Shown here piece after piece: positions 1 through 12,600 of a stretch of 64,000 bases of DNA. The stretch spans positions 56,980 to 120,979 of the forward strand of contig NW_005434562.1 in assembly GCF_000315625.1 (NCBI RefSeq). The letters run 5' to 3'. The stretch comes from Guillardia theta CCMP2712 (Eukaryota; Protista; Cryptophyta). Numbering within the stretch: position 1 is the first letter of the stretch; each line of letters begins with the position of its first letter. A program made the position numbers and the translations under genes. Under the pieces are notes generated by a model. That model searched no databases. It saw only the letters and a program-made list of their open reading frames with translations, and had not been told where the DNA came from.

Positions 1-1825
1 GAGCGATCCCGTCGTCGTGAAAGACATTCATCTTGTACATCTGTCCCTTGATGAGGATAACAATGTGTGCACTCCTACGCAAACGCTCATGTCAACTCAG
101 GCTCAAGCGAGGAGAAACCACCTTGTCGGCAAGAATGTGAACAATTCATCGCAACCTTCTCGTGGTACCCTGCAGGTAAAGAACACACGACGATACTGGG
201 ATGACACGTTTCAAATGCAAACATCTCAAGGCTTTTATGGCACCTGCCACATGCACAACGGCACATAACCCATGATCTGCAGAGGCTCGAGCTTCTCTCG
301 GTTCTGTCGGGCGCATGTCAGCCTCTTACTTGTGCTCGAGCCTGTCTCACCAGGTGTCGCATGAATCTGATCGCCCCCGATACCAGCCAGGAAGCCCTCC
401 AGGATTGCGAGCAGGAGCTGAGCAGTCTACATTTCAGCGAACCAGCTTGCAAGCTCGTCACTGAAGCTCACGGTGAATCAGGTCGGTCAAGGCCGTACCA
501 GTTCCCATAGACTGTGATGTCAAGCTCATTCGTGATGCTCGAGGTGAGGGCGGCAACGTACCCGGAAGGGGAAGACGACACCTGAGGAAGTGCTCCTTCT
601 CCCACCATTCCTGCGCAACTCCATCAACCCGCTCCTTCCTGCCTTCTGCCTCCTTGTGATCAACCTCTAGCCAGGACGAGATGCCCTCCAACGCTCGCGC
701 TCGCTTCACTAGAGCTCGCTGCATCTTCTCACCGACACCGCCTACCGATCAACGTGAGGACAAGCGACGAACCCAGCAGGCAGCAAACCGGCCGACGCGA
801 ATTGCAGCACTACTTGCGCGCTGCTCTCCCAGTCCGCAGACGACATCAAGGGCCTTACGCTGTCCAGGAAGCGGTGGCAGGTGTCTCGTAGCTTCGGAAC
901 AGGGAGAGGAGGAAGGGTGTCTTGAACGGCATAGAGGCTCCTTGGTCGCCTCCCCCGAAGCCATCGCTCAAAGGCGATCCACTGATACAGGCGGTGAGAC
1001 AAGAGAAAGATAAACAAGATGATCGACACAACCTTCCACAGAATCCATACGCATCCTAGATACAGCCTTTGTCGGAGTTGAATGCTGGAGCTTGTTTTCA
1101 GCCCTCCAATCTACTCCAATCAGCCGATCCTCTCAAATCTCAACAGACACATTCAACCTTTCCATGCTCCTTGTACAGCCATGCGCGGTGCCGAAGTAGA
1201 AAACGCATCAACAGCCTGTGACATCGATGATTTCTAACCCTGCTTGGAAAGTAATAGCAAACCGGCCAGGCGATAGGTAGCTTGTCACAAGAATGACGGA
1301 GGCAACCAAGCTTGTGCACGCCAACCCAAGGCTGTTGCAACAGCAGAATACATCAATGATATGTGAAGCATACATCCCGTGAGGACTCTCTATTCGAAGA
1401 ATACATCTCCTTGACATGTAAGGGAAACTCGGGTCGCATCGAATTGTTTTGCAGAAGATACAACACACACCACAAGAATGTATGACAATAGTGCTCGATG
1501 TTCATCTGATAGGCCTTGGGGCTGTAATACAGCTGACAGGAAGCAGAGCCAAGTACTCAAGGAGAGAAATAAACGTCACAGAGCTGGAGTATTCCACTTT
1601 CACAGAGCAGCTGGTTGGCCAAGTGCACAAGCACACAACATGCAGCATATCAGAGAAGCATGCGCTACAACGACATGCGCGCACACACAGTGCAGCGGGA
1701 GATGGACATGAAACCGATGCTAGTTCAACCCTCCATCGCTCACCGTGAGCCGCGAGACAGACCCCGCCATGCCATCGGCATTGCACTGGCGGGGGTTCCG
1801 TACGTAGGGTGGGGGTGGGAGCCAT
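1..1825 (-). CDS. Carnitine O-palmitoyl/acyltransferase (CPT1-like), multi-exon 5' part, runs off the window start; start codon uncertain
   Basis: ORF 742..1029 has QDTLPPLPVPKLRDTCHRFLDSVRPL (LPxLPVPxL signature of choline/carnitine acyltransferases). ORF 458..724 has WWEKEHFLRCRLPLP, similar to CPT1 WWEEYIYLRGR. Upstream LLMRFLLRHRAWLY resembles the CPT1 post-membrane segment. Confidence 0.75.
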
Positions 1826-2264
1826 GTATCTAGGGGGTGGTGTAGGTACAGCAAAGGGGTCATGAATATTTGCAGGGGTGGTACAGGGGTAGTTTTCAGG
1901 TACGCAGTTGAAGGGGAAGGAAAATTTTCAGGTCAAAAGGAGGGGTACTTTGAGGAAAAGTAGGGGTGGACCGAAACATCAGTAATAGTGAATCAGGGGG
2001 TATAGAGGGGTAGGGGTACTTCTATCTCAACCAAGGGTGGGTAGAAGGTTCTTGAAACTGGAGTAAACTAGGTAGGGGGTGGTCCGAGATGTTTACACGG
2101 GTGTTTATGGGGGAAATCGTGGGGTAGTTGCACCTTGAGGTAGGGTCCAATTTGCAGTAAATCGGGGGGTAGTGAATCTGTACATCACCGGTCATTTGAA
2201 TAAGAACATTCAGGGTGGGGGTACCAAGAACCCTCACTGAAGGGATGCATCTAACGACCAGACG

Positions 2265-2333
2265 AGGGAGGGAGGGAGGGAGGGAGGGAGGGAGGGAGGG
2301 AGGGAGGGAGGAGGGAGGGAGGAGGAGGAGGGA
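2265..2333. repeat. (GGGA)n/(GGA)n microsatellite abutting an assembly gap
   Basis: Directly visible repeat. Confidence 0.95.
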
Positions 2334-2433
2334 NNNNNNNNNNNNNNNNNNNNNNNNNNNNNNNNNNNNNNNNNNNNNNNNNNNNNNNNNNNNNNNNNNN
2401 NNNNNNNNNNNNNNNNNNNNNNNNNNNNNNNNN
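2334..2433. other. Scaffold gap (100 N)
   Basis: Run of N. Confidence 1.
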
Positions 2434-3489
2434 CGAGCAAATATCCGGACTCTTAGCATCCGCCGGGCATTCAGGGTTCCTTAGCGCAGTGAAAGACTGC
2501 AGTCGGTCCCACAACGGGCCCGGCCGCCAGGATCGGGTCCAGAAACAGCGGTCTAAAGGGAGGTTTTCTTCCCCTGGGAGAAATGTCCTATGGGTTAAGG
2601 ATCCGAAATATAAAGAAGTCCCATTTCGCTCCACGTGATGCGTTACGTGCCTGGTCACGTTAGCCTTTCACCCGGGTCAGGGTCCCCGTCACCCGGCGAT
2701 CAAGTTAGGGAGGGAGGGAGGGAGGGAGGGGAGGAAAGATGATACCAGAGGATGACTGAGGGGAAAGGGGGAAAAAGTGAGAAAAGTCTACTGTAGAAAG
2801 ATGCAAGAGATGAGCAGGTGCAAGGCGAGCTGTGTGCTGCGATCATAGTCGTGGGTTACACTTTCGACATGAGAGGGAACGAGTAAGTGATGGAAAGAGA
2901 AATGAAACTGGAGAAGGGAGCAATCATTGTTGTAGCACAATTCAATCATACTGATCTCCTCAGGTGATTCCCACCTCCCTCTTTAAGGCAAGCAAGGCTA
3001 GAAAGATGGAGAATGAAACGGGAGAGCTGAAACAGAGATGAAGAAGCACAAGGGTGATGATAGCGAGTGCGGTCGAGGGGTACAGAGAGGGAGAGGGAGA
3101 GAGTTGGAGTGATTTCTCCCTTCCTTTACCTCAAGCAAGATCCCCTTCTCTGTCCACAGATCATTTTATATACCAATCATGCCACGAGTCTCTGTCGAGC
3201 TTTTACTCTTCCCTTCCAGTACCCCGCCTCCCACCTTCCTCTTCCCTCTTTGATGGCATGAAAGGCGTGAGATGCAGGCATGAAGGCTGTCTGCACTCAG
3301 GAACAGATTCATGACAGGGATCAAGATTCGACTTTGAAAGCAGGTGTAGCAAGGTGGTTGGGGTCAATCTTGCTGCAGCCTCTGCATCAGGGCATCGGCG
3401 ATATGACACTATGTCATCATTAAAATTGGAAGCTGATACGATTCAAAGCGGCATGACTGAATTGACATTTGTATTGATACCTCGCAACT

Positions 3490-3548
3490 TAGATAACTTG
3501 ATCACATAGATAACTTGATTACTTGGATAACTTGATAGCTCGATTACT
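3490..3548. repeat. Short imperfect tandem repeat of GATAACTTGAT (3-4 copies) just 3' of the giant surface-protein gene
   Basis: agataacttgatcacatagataacttgattacttggataacttgatagctcgattactt. Confidence 0.75.
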
Positions 3549-3620
3549 TTCTCCACTCACACTACAGTCACCATGTGCTTCCCTATCGACCAACAAGGCT
3601 TCCAGCCGCCCTCAGTCGTC

Positions 3621-6600
3621 TCAAGCAAACATGAAGGGGAGGCCATATTGAAGCTTTCCCGTCAGGCTGGTGGCAGGAGGTTCCTGATATGGTGGCACGT
3701 TGTCGCTGGGAGCCTCGTGCACCTCCGGAACCGCGACCTCCTCATCTCTCCCTGTCCTCGCAGCCTCACGTGAAGTCGGTTTGGCGGTCGGCAAGGAGTA
3801 CTTGTAGATGAGCAAGCCGATGCCGAAGACAAACACGGGGATCAGGACTGACAGCAGGACGATGAGCATGAGCGAGGGTCCACCGGTATCCTTAGCCTCG
3901 ACCCCCGGCGGGGTAGTCAGAGGGACTTCCTTGTCAGCCGCCGTGCTCGAATCAGGAGCAGAGGTGCTTTCAACTTCAGCCTTGCTCGTTGCTGGGGAGC
4001 TGCTGGTGCTTTCAACGACGGTCGTGTTGCCAGCGGTGCCAACGGTGACGATGCTCAGAGTCGCTCCTTGGATCACCTGGACATTGATGCTCTGCTTGCT
4101 CAACTCCGCGCTGAGGGCTGACTGCGTCAGCTGCTTGCTCACCGACTTCCAGTCCGCGTTCAGGTCGAGCAGGATCTTGATCACCAGGTCGGAGCTGACC
4201 AGGAGCAGCCTCCTGGCAGGGGTCAGCTGACCACCCTGGCCCTCCACCTGTACACGATCTGAGCTCACATTGACGAGTCTAGCGACGGAGGCGAGCAGGG
4301 TCTGCCTCAGAGCTTCTGCTGTTGCATTCTCGCTGCTGATACGGACGGTCATGGTCACCTGCAGCTGCCCCTGCCTGCCGCCCGCGGCACCGGAGGGGAG
4401 ACAGAGCGCGTCCTGCTGAGTCGATCCTTCAGCGCAGCCCACGAGTTGCACCTCTCCTGCCGAGCAGTTCTTGCACACCCTGCAGGATCCTGTTGATCCT
4501 CCTCCGCACGCCGACCGGTAGAAGCCTGAGGCACAGCTGAGCTGAGAGCAGGGAGAGCATCTCCTGTCTTGCTGCGACGTGCACGGCTGGACCTGATACT
4601 GACCCGCGTCACAGGTCGAGCAGGTCACACACGATCCCTTCGACTCGTTCCCGCAGCCCTGCAGGTACTGCTGCTGGGAGCAGTTCTTGCTGTAAAGCTC
4701 GCAGTCGTAACTTTTTGGGTCGCCGACCACAACGAGGCTAAAATCCTGGGGGGCAGTCGACTGCATCAGCCTCCTCGAGTCCAGCTGGCGGAGGCTGCAC
4801 TTACACGTCACAGTCTCTCTGGTCAGGTCCACGAGCTCCACTTCACAGGCATCGCTCTGAAAGCTGTTGTTGCTCCACCTCAGACACCTTGCCGTCAACC
4901 GATCCGATCGCAGCGCTGACAGCAGCGCGCCCCTCCTTATGGGGGTCGACACCAGCAGGAAGCCCAGCTGACGCGTCGCCGCCTGCCGCACGGAGGCGCC
5001 GAGGAGGGGAGAGAGCGGAGAGGAACCGTTGATCAGACCTTGAAACAACTTGTAGACCCGCACCGAGACCGAGGTGGTATCCTGGGTCGCAACCTGACCA
5101 GAGGAAAGACGAAAGCCAAAAGAAACATTCTTGGTGGAGAACAAGCCTTCCAAGACTGTCGGGACACTCACAGCAAACGTCCCTGCCTGCACCTGCTCCT
5201 CGGTCTTGAGGAAGACGGCTTGCGCGATGTTGGGCTTGACCAGCGCGAGCTCCTGTCCTACCACCAGAGTGTCCAAGAAGCCTAGAGAAACAGCGAGCAA
5301 GGTCGACTGCATGCGGTTGACCAGCTGAGCATCGAGCTGCGAGTAGCTGGCGAAGTACCACGACATGGCGTCACCAAACAAGTCAAGCGAGTGCGACAGC
5401 ATGTCCTGGCCGACCTGACCCGAGTACCTGCGGACAAGGCCTTCAGCCAGCTGCGTCGCCTCCTCGACTGACGTGTTGCTCTGAGCACGACTCTCGCTGC
5501 TTGTGCTGGCCAGCGTGCTCAGGGAGTCGGAGAAGAAGGACTGAGTCATGGGGTAGGACGCGTAGGCCTGCCTCGCTAGGGTCAACATGTAGACCACGAG
5601 GGAGCGAGCGACAGCTTCGCTGGTCGAGTTCGAGCTGATCTGGTTGGTGAGGTCGAGGGATACCGAAGTCATGAGCTGGTTCAGCCCTGCCATGTCTTGC
5701 GTCTGCGACTTCTCCAGCAGGTCGCTCTTGATTCCCGTCCAGTCCGTGCCAGCCGCTAGCAGCCGCCTGCCGCTCGCCGCAGTCGTCACCAGGTCCTGCA
5801 GCACAGGCGTCGCGGCTCCTCTGCTGTCTCGAACGATGGCGTTGATCTGGATGGCAGAGCTGGACGGCAGCCTGAGGCTCAGGAACGGGAGAGACGTCGG
5901 CTGGAACCACTTGCTCACCAGCTCTCCGTCCTGCACGAACGAGAAGCCAAACTCGTAGGATGGAGGAGCGTCGGTGTCAATCCAGTTGGTGCACGTGACC
6001 ACGAATTCGTCTAGTAACGGCCTCCCGTCCTTCCTGCAGTCGCCGGAGCTCGAGGCGACGCAGGCAGCACAGGATCCTCCTTGAGGTGGCGTGTTGACCT
6101 GGAAGCTCGTCGACGACGTCCCGACACTCCCGTTGACAAGGCAGTCAAGTTTGACAAGGTAGACTGAGCCTGAAGTGAAGACGGATGTGCTGGTCTGCAC
6201 CAGGAAGGTAGCGCCCTTCTGTCCGAAAGGAAACACCCCGGTTGCCTCGTACGGCACGTTGAGAGTCGGTTGGATGGTCCAAGTGTAAGAAGGAGAGGGG
6301 TAAGGGCAGGAGGCCTGGAAGACAACAGTCTCTTGCTGGTTCACTATCCCAACAGCGCCGTCAAACGCCGAGATGCTCGAGGTGATCATGACCGTGGGTA
6401 CGAACCCCTTGACAACCTGGACGTTCTTGCTTGCTGTGGAAGGTGTCTTGGCGCCCTTTGACGCCATCAACAAGAAGGTATAGAACAAGTCTCCTGTCGC
6501 TGACAGCGAGCCAGCCGGCAAGGTAACCTGAGGTGTCTGCTGCTGCCCCAGCTGGAGGCCAGCGATCTGGCAAGGTTGGGAGACGAAACCGTCGGAGAAG

Positions 6601-9600
6601 TAACAGCTCCAGAGGTAGGAGAGCCCTTGATCCGCCCCCTTCCTCAGATCCAAGTCTCTAGAGCCGCTTCCGTCCAGCTGCAATGCCGAGCTCTCCGACA
6701 CCTGGATCAGATCTCCCCCAGCTATGGAGGCCACGAGCGGCAGGTTGCCGGTCACGATGGTGTAGCGAGCTGTCGTCGATACCGAGCTGTCTCCCAGCAT
6801 GCTGACGGTCAGGTCGAACGTGTACGTGCTGCCAGCTTGCAGCTCGTACTTGGGTATCCACAGTTGTGAGGTGCTGCTGGGAATGTAGCTGGGAGACACG
6901 GTGGGGCCGGAAGACTGTGTCCAGCGGAATACCATGTCGTTCTTGGCGACAGGGCAGGAGGAGAAGACGGCAGTGGCGGTGAGAGTCACGTCCTGGTCCA
7001 CCAAGGTGGAGAAGGGAGACTGGGGAGCGAAGACGACGGTGGGAGAAGGGAAGGCCTTCTTCGTCACGGACACCACAGCCTCCTTGCTGGAGAAACCCAA
7101 GAAGTCCTTCACTGTCACTCCGATCGTGTACGTCTTGCCTGCTGTCGTCATCTGCGGCACGCCAGCGTCGAACTGCACAGTGCTGGTGCTGGGGAGGAGG
7201 TCGGTGAGGAACGCGTTCAGCCCGTCGTCGTTCAGACACCTCCAGCTGTAGCTCAGCTGCCTGGCGCTCTTGGAGAGAGCTCGGAGGGTCAGGGGAGAGC
7301 AGGGGTCCACCTCTTGAGGGGCGCTGACTTGCACGGAAGGATACAGGGGCGAGACTGGCGTCCCGACCCTCACAGTCTCCAGCATTGGCATCGAGACTTG
7401 GTTCTTCGACCGGACGCCCCTGATGGTGACGGCTGACCCTGGCAAGACGGTGGCTCCGGCGGAGAGGAAGATGTTGAAAGATTGATCCGAAGTCCAGACG
7501 CACTTTGGAGCTGTCTGCCCCAGCAGCCCAGCGTCACTCCCCACGATCTCACTGCAAGACTCGGAGGAAGCGAACTTGACCCTCCCGTCCGTGCTCTGGT
7601 CGAACACGACGATCACGAAGGCCCCGGTCGGATCGAAGTTGGCTGAGACCACCTGGGGGCTGCCCCAGTACACCAAGTCTGTGAGAGCCACCACTGTCGG
7701 ATCTGACCTCATGGTCACCTGGAACTTGACCGTGGCCGTCCCAGCTGAGAGTGTGCAGGAGTTGCAGGTGAACTGAGGGGGAGTGAGCAAGATGGTGATG
7801 ATGGTCGCGTTGCAGGTCAGGACGGTGAAGTCAGCTCGGAGAGAGCCTACGGAGACGACGAGCTGATCCTCAGCAGCAGACTTGCTCGTCAGGGGGACGT
7901 TCTTGATGGACGCCGTCAATGGCGAGGGGTTCGTCACAGAGGCAACGCAGGCGGCTGAGAGGCATCGGACCTCTCTCCGATCGTCGATGAACTGCATCTG
8001 GAACGCCACTGTCCAGCTCAGCATCGAGTTCCCGCTCGTCCTGAGAGTGATCGACCCGTCAAGAGACCCGAAGGTCTGAAGTTGCGGCATGCGAGCTGAG
8101 AACAGCGCCCGTTGGCGGTCAAGCACCAGGACTGGGGTCACCCCAGCAGGCAGGTCAGCCACTGCTTGATTCAACCCGACGGTGATACCGAAGGCGGCAG
8201 AGCCGACGAGTTTCCCATCAGCCCCGACGCTCGAGCTGATCCACTCGTCAATGTTGTCAACCGTCAATTGTAGGACGTTGTTGTTGCCCTGCTGCTGCTG
8301 GTCTGACCAAGTCACAAACCCTGCCTGCGCGGCCTTCCCACCTCCGCAAGCCCCGTTCACGATGCACGTGCTCCCAGGATTGCACATCGGGCAGAAGCGG
8401 ACGAGTCTGACAGCTGGGGGCGGCTGATAGTAGGTGAACGTAGTCGAGGTCTCTCTGACAAACCCTCTCTGTGCTCCAGCGCTCCCCTGCTTCACGCTGA
8501 TGGTGGTTTGACCTGAAGTCGCTCCTCCCAGCACCTCTCGTGCTGGAGGGACGATGACCTGGAGCTCGGTGACAGCCGTCGTGCTTGTGAGCCCCACGAT
8601 GCCGCAGTAGACGGGGCACGTCGGGATCACACAGCGACACTCAACGCTACCAAACGTCAGCACAACCTCAGCTGGGGTTGTCACGACCGGGAAGTTGACG
8701 ATCCTGAGGGTCGTCATGAGGGATTTGTCGCCCACCAGGTTCGGATAGGTTGTGCCTTGTGTTGTCGCCACGCTGGGCACGATGCTGATGACTGACGGCC
8801 TGTTCGCGTAGTCGAAGTAAAACTTCGCCACCTGGTTGTTCAATCCGTTGGCTACCACCCCGACTGCACTTCCAGCGCTTGCAGCTGAGGGAGCGACGTA
8901 AGCAAGAGACACAAGATTCGATGCGAGATTTTGACTGAGAGGCAGGACCTCGACGTTGGTGCTCTGCACAGAGACAGTGATGGAGGAGGAGGAGTTGATA
9001 GACAACAACCCCCAGGCTGACACATTCATCTTGATGCCTCCGTCCACCGGGCAATCGATCGGGTTGACTTGAGCAGGAGGGATGAGGTAGAAGAAGTCTT
9101 GATAGCCGACCTTGTGAGTTCCGTTGCTTATCTCCACCTCACTCGCTCCTGGAAAGGACCAAGGAGGAACAACAAAGTCCACCTGCAGCATCCCGTTGAC
9201 AAGTCTTACCCTCACGTTCTCAGCTCGCAACGTCGCAGACTCGACTGCGAAAGTGACGTTGATACCTGGTGCGTCGGCCTTGCACTGAGAAGACAACAAG
9301 CAAGCAGGGATCAAGTTCTCCAGCATGGCCGTAGCCGTAGAAGATTGAGCGAGGCAGCTAGTATCGCTCGGTTGCATGCAGATGTACTGCGAGGATGGCT
9401 GGAAGAATCGGATCTTAGGTTGATTGCTCGCTAGGTAGTCAAAGCTGTAGGAGATCGAGATGTTGTGGATCTTGATCACAACTTGAACCGAGCCAACGAA
9501 GTTGTCAACAGCCGGCATCGTGAGAGTCAAGTCCACGACCGAACACTCGGGATACAGGCAGTTGGGGTTTCTAGAGCTTACGGTGTTAACTGCCACCGGT

Positions 9601-12600
9601 CGCGACTGATTCAGTGATATCTGGAGAGAGACTTCAAAGTCACCACGGGAGGCCCCGGGCTCGAGGTACTGCAGGGAGACTTGCAGGTCAGTCGCCGAGT
9701 CCGACGCTCCTGACGTCGGAAAGGATCGCAGGAACTTTGGGGGAGGAGTAGGCTGGACCATGACCTGCACGCTCGCTCCTCGCTCACACAGAGCTCTGCT
9801 CGTGCAGGCCTGCGAGCTCAGCCCGTACCGAGCACACACGTCGTCAGAGACGCGGTAGCATATGGACACTGTCAGCGCACCCACTGACCAGCGCGAGGAC
9901 GGAGCAGGAACTACCAGCAAGACGCGCGTGCTGGTCGAACTGGAGGAGATGATGGAAGTCACAGCGACGTTGTTCAGCTGGAATGACGTGGAGTTGACGT
10001 TGAAGACGATCGCAGAGGAGTTGAACGGAAGCTTCAGCTGGGGAACGTTGCCCAGCTCCAATTGGAGGCTCAAGTCCTCAGTCCTCAACACCGTTGAGGG
10101 GAAGAACGACTGGACCCGCGCGGCTCCGCTGAGCAGACCCAAGTACTGATAACGGAAGGAGGCGGCTCTGACGATCGCGCCCAAGGTCAAGGTCAGAGTG
10201 ACAACAGCGACTTGGTCCTCGTTCTTTGGCAACTGCGGCATGTTCATCACCAACGAGCCGCTGGAAGCCAGCAGGGTAGAGCTCCGTGCCATGGTCAAAG
10301 TGTCCGGGGCAAGGAGGAACTGACGGCCTTGGACGTTGACAGCGATCAGCAAGTCGGCAGGCAGAAGTGCTGGGAAGTTGCTGAACTGAACGAGGACCTT
10401 GTTGTTCCCCGTGACCATCCCGACACTCTGATTCACTGAGAGGATGGTAGCCTGCGGCACCAGCGCATCCTGGACGCAGTATGCAGCGTCGCAGGTCGCA
10501 GCAGAGTCTCCCTGCAGGAGCAACACATCGGGAACTGACTGCATGCCGCAAAACGTCTCATAGTTGCAAGGAAGGAACGTGCTCAAGGAGAACTGGTACG
10601 AGCTCATAGCTGGGCCCTGCGGAAGGAGCAGGAGGAGAGGAAGATCTCCGAGGGACGTCAGGGGAGGAAGCATGACCTTCACCTGGGTCCGGTTGCAGTA
10701 GGGAACCTCAGGTGGGCAAGAAACAAGGTTGTTCACGGAGAGAACTTGTGACAGAAGGCCGCTGACGGTGACGTTGAAGCCTCCGGAGCCTAGAGTTTGC
10801 GGGAAGTTTGCAATCAACAAGGTCACCACTGTCTTGTAGCTGATGGACCTCCCCAGCACAGTGACTGACACGGGAACAGCTTGGGGGGCCAGGCTCATGA
10901 TCTTCAGGGCAAACCCATCGAAGAACGTGTAGGAAAAGTTGACGGTCTTGAGAAGACCTCCGGCCGTCACGTTCACCAGCACCGTCACGTTCTCAACGAG
11001 GGGATAGTAAGGCATCTTGACTTTCAGCCTGGTGATTTTGTCGTCAACCCTGACCGGAGCTGAGACGACACTCGCCTTGAAAGTCTGATTCCCAACAACA
11101 CCCACGCTCACCGAGGAGAAAGTCTCCCAAGGGAAGTTGACTAGGTAAACATCCTCGAACAAGGTTTCGCTCTTGGCTGGGCCCTGCCTTGGTAAGGGGT
11201 CGACCACCTGGAGCAAACTGGTGTCTTGCTGGAGGAAGTTGAAGCTAACCGTGTCACAATTTGTTCCACAGCCTGTTGGGCTGACAACCACGACCACCTG
11301 ACCAGGAACGCTGGCAGGGGTCACGATGCTGAGGACACAGGAGAGAGGCGAGGAGAGGACGGACACGGCGAACGTGCCGGCAAGCTTGTCGCATGTCGTC
11401 GCTACAGGGGCATCGGAGAGCGCAGTTGAACCGAACTGCACAGAAAGACATTGCGAAGGGACATCAATACAGTCTTGAATGGCAGACGGATATCGGAAAT
11501 GTGAGATGTCCACTCGCACTGCCTGGCATCCCGTGCTGGGTCCACTGGTGACTGAGACGGAGCTGAGTTGCTGGGGGTAAAAGACGTAGGTGTAACTGAA
11601 GTTGACAGCCTTGAGTGTGCTTCTAGATATAATCGACGCCACGACTGTCTCCTGCGTGCTTGCACCAAGATTGAACGATGGAGGGAACAGTCTGACCTGC
11701 GTGACATCAACGACAGACCTCAGCAGCTGCCAGTTGGAGGCAGGAAGATCTTTCCCAGCCAACCGAAGCGTGAGATCGCTGGACAGGACAACAGGAAAGT
11801 TCGCTATCCCGACATCGATTGAGTTGCCTCCTGTGTCAGGCCCCTGAGTGCTCGAAACAAATTGGACATACGGCAGCTTGTCGTACAAGTCAAACGCGAA
11901 ACAATTCGTGACAAGGTTCTTGCACACTCTCTGACAAGAACTCTGCTCACAACAAGTCGTCGGGCAGTCTTCCTTTCCATACACCAGGATCCCTCCGATC
12001 GGTCCAGCAGTCACCCCACCTGACACGTTGGCTGGCACGCTGAACTTGATCACTCCTGACTGTGTCGCGGCATCGACCGAGACGAGGTACGAGTCGATGC
12101 AGTAGGAGTATCCCGAGCAATTGCTACTGTACCGATACCTTCCCACCTTGACAGTGTAGTCAGCACGCGGAACCGATGGGTCGGCGTTCTGTATGAAGAG
12201 AGACACCAAGGTAGCGGCGTCTTGTTTGACTTTCACAGAACTTACACCGGAGTCACCGAACTCGTTGGTAATCATGTAAATCCTTGCTTTCCTGTCATTG
12301 AAGAAGAGGAAGGATTCATACGTTGCCCTAGCATCCGTATCCCTCGCGAGGTCTTCCTTGGAGTAGTACCTCCTGTGGTAGATCACAACAGTCGCTGGGC
12401 CCACGGGGACGCTGTCGCCATTCGGGGAGGAGACATCCACAGTCAAGGGCCCCGCAAGAGAAGTCGCCAGCTGCCTCTGACATGCTTGGACCTGTCCTTC
12501 AAGAGAGGTAACATTGCCGTTCATCGCCCACTCGAACATCACCACAACGTCTCCGCATCCGCCCCCTGATGATTGAGTCTCAGGGAAGTTTTGGACGGCA

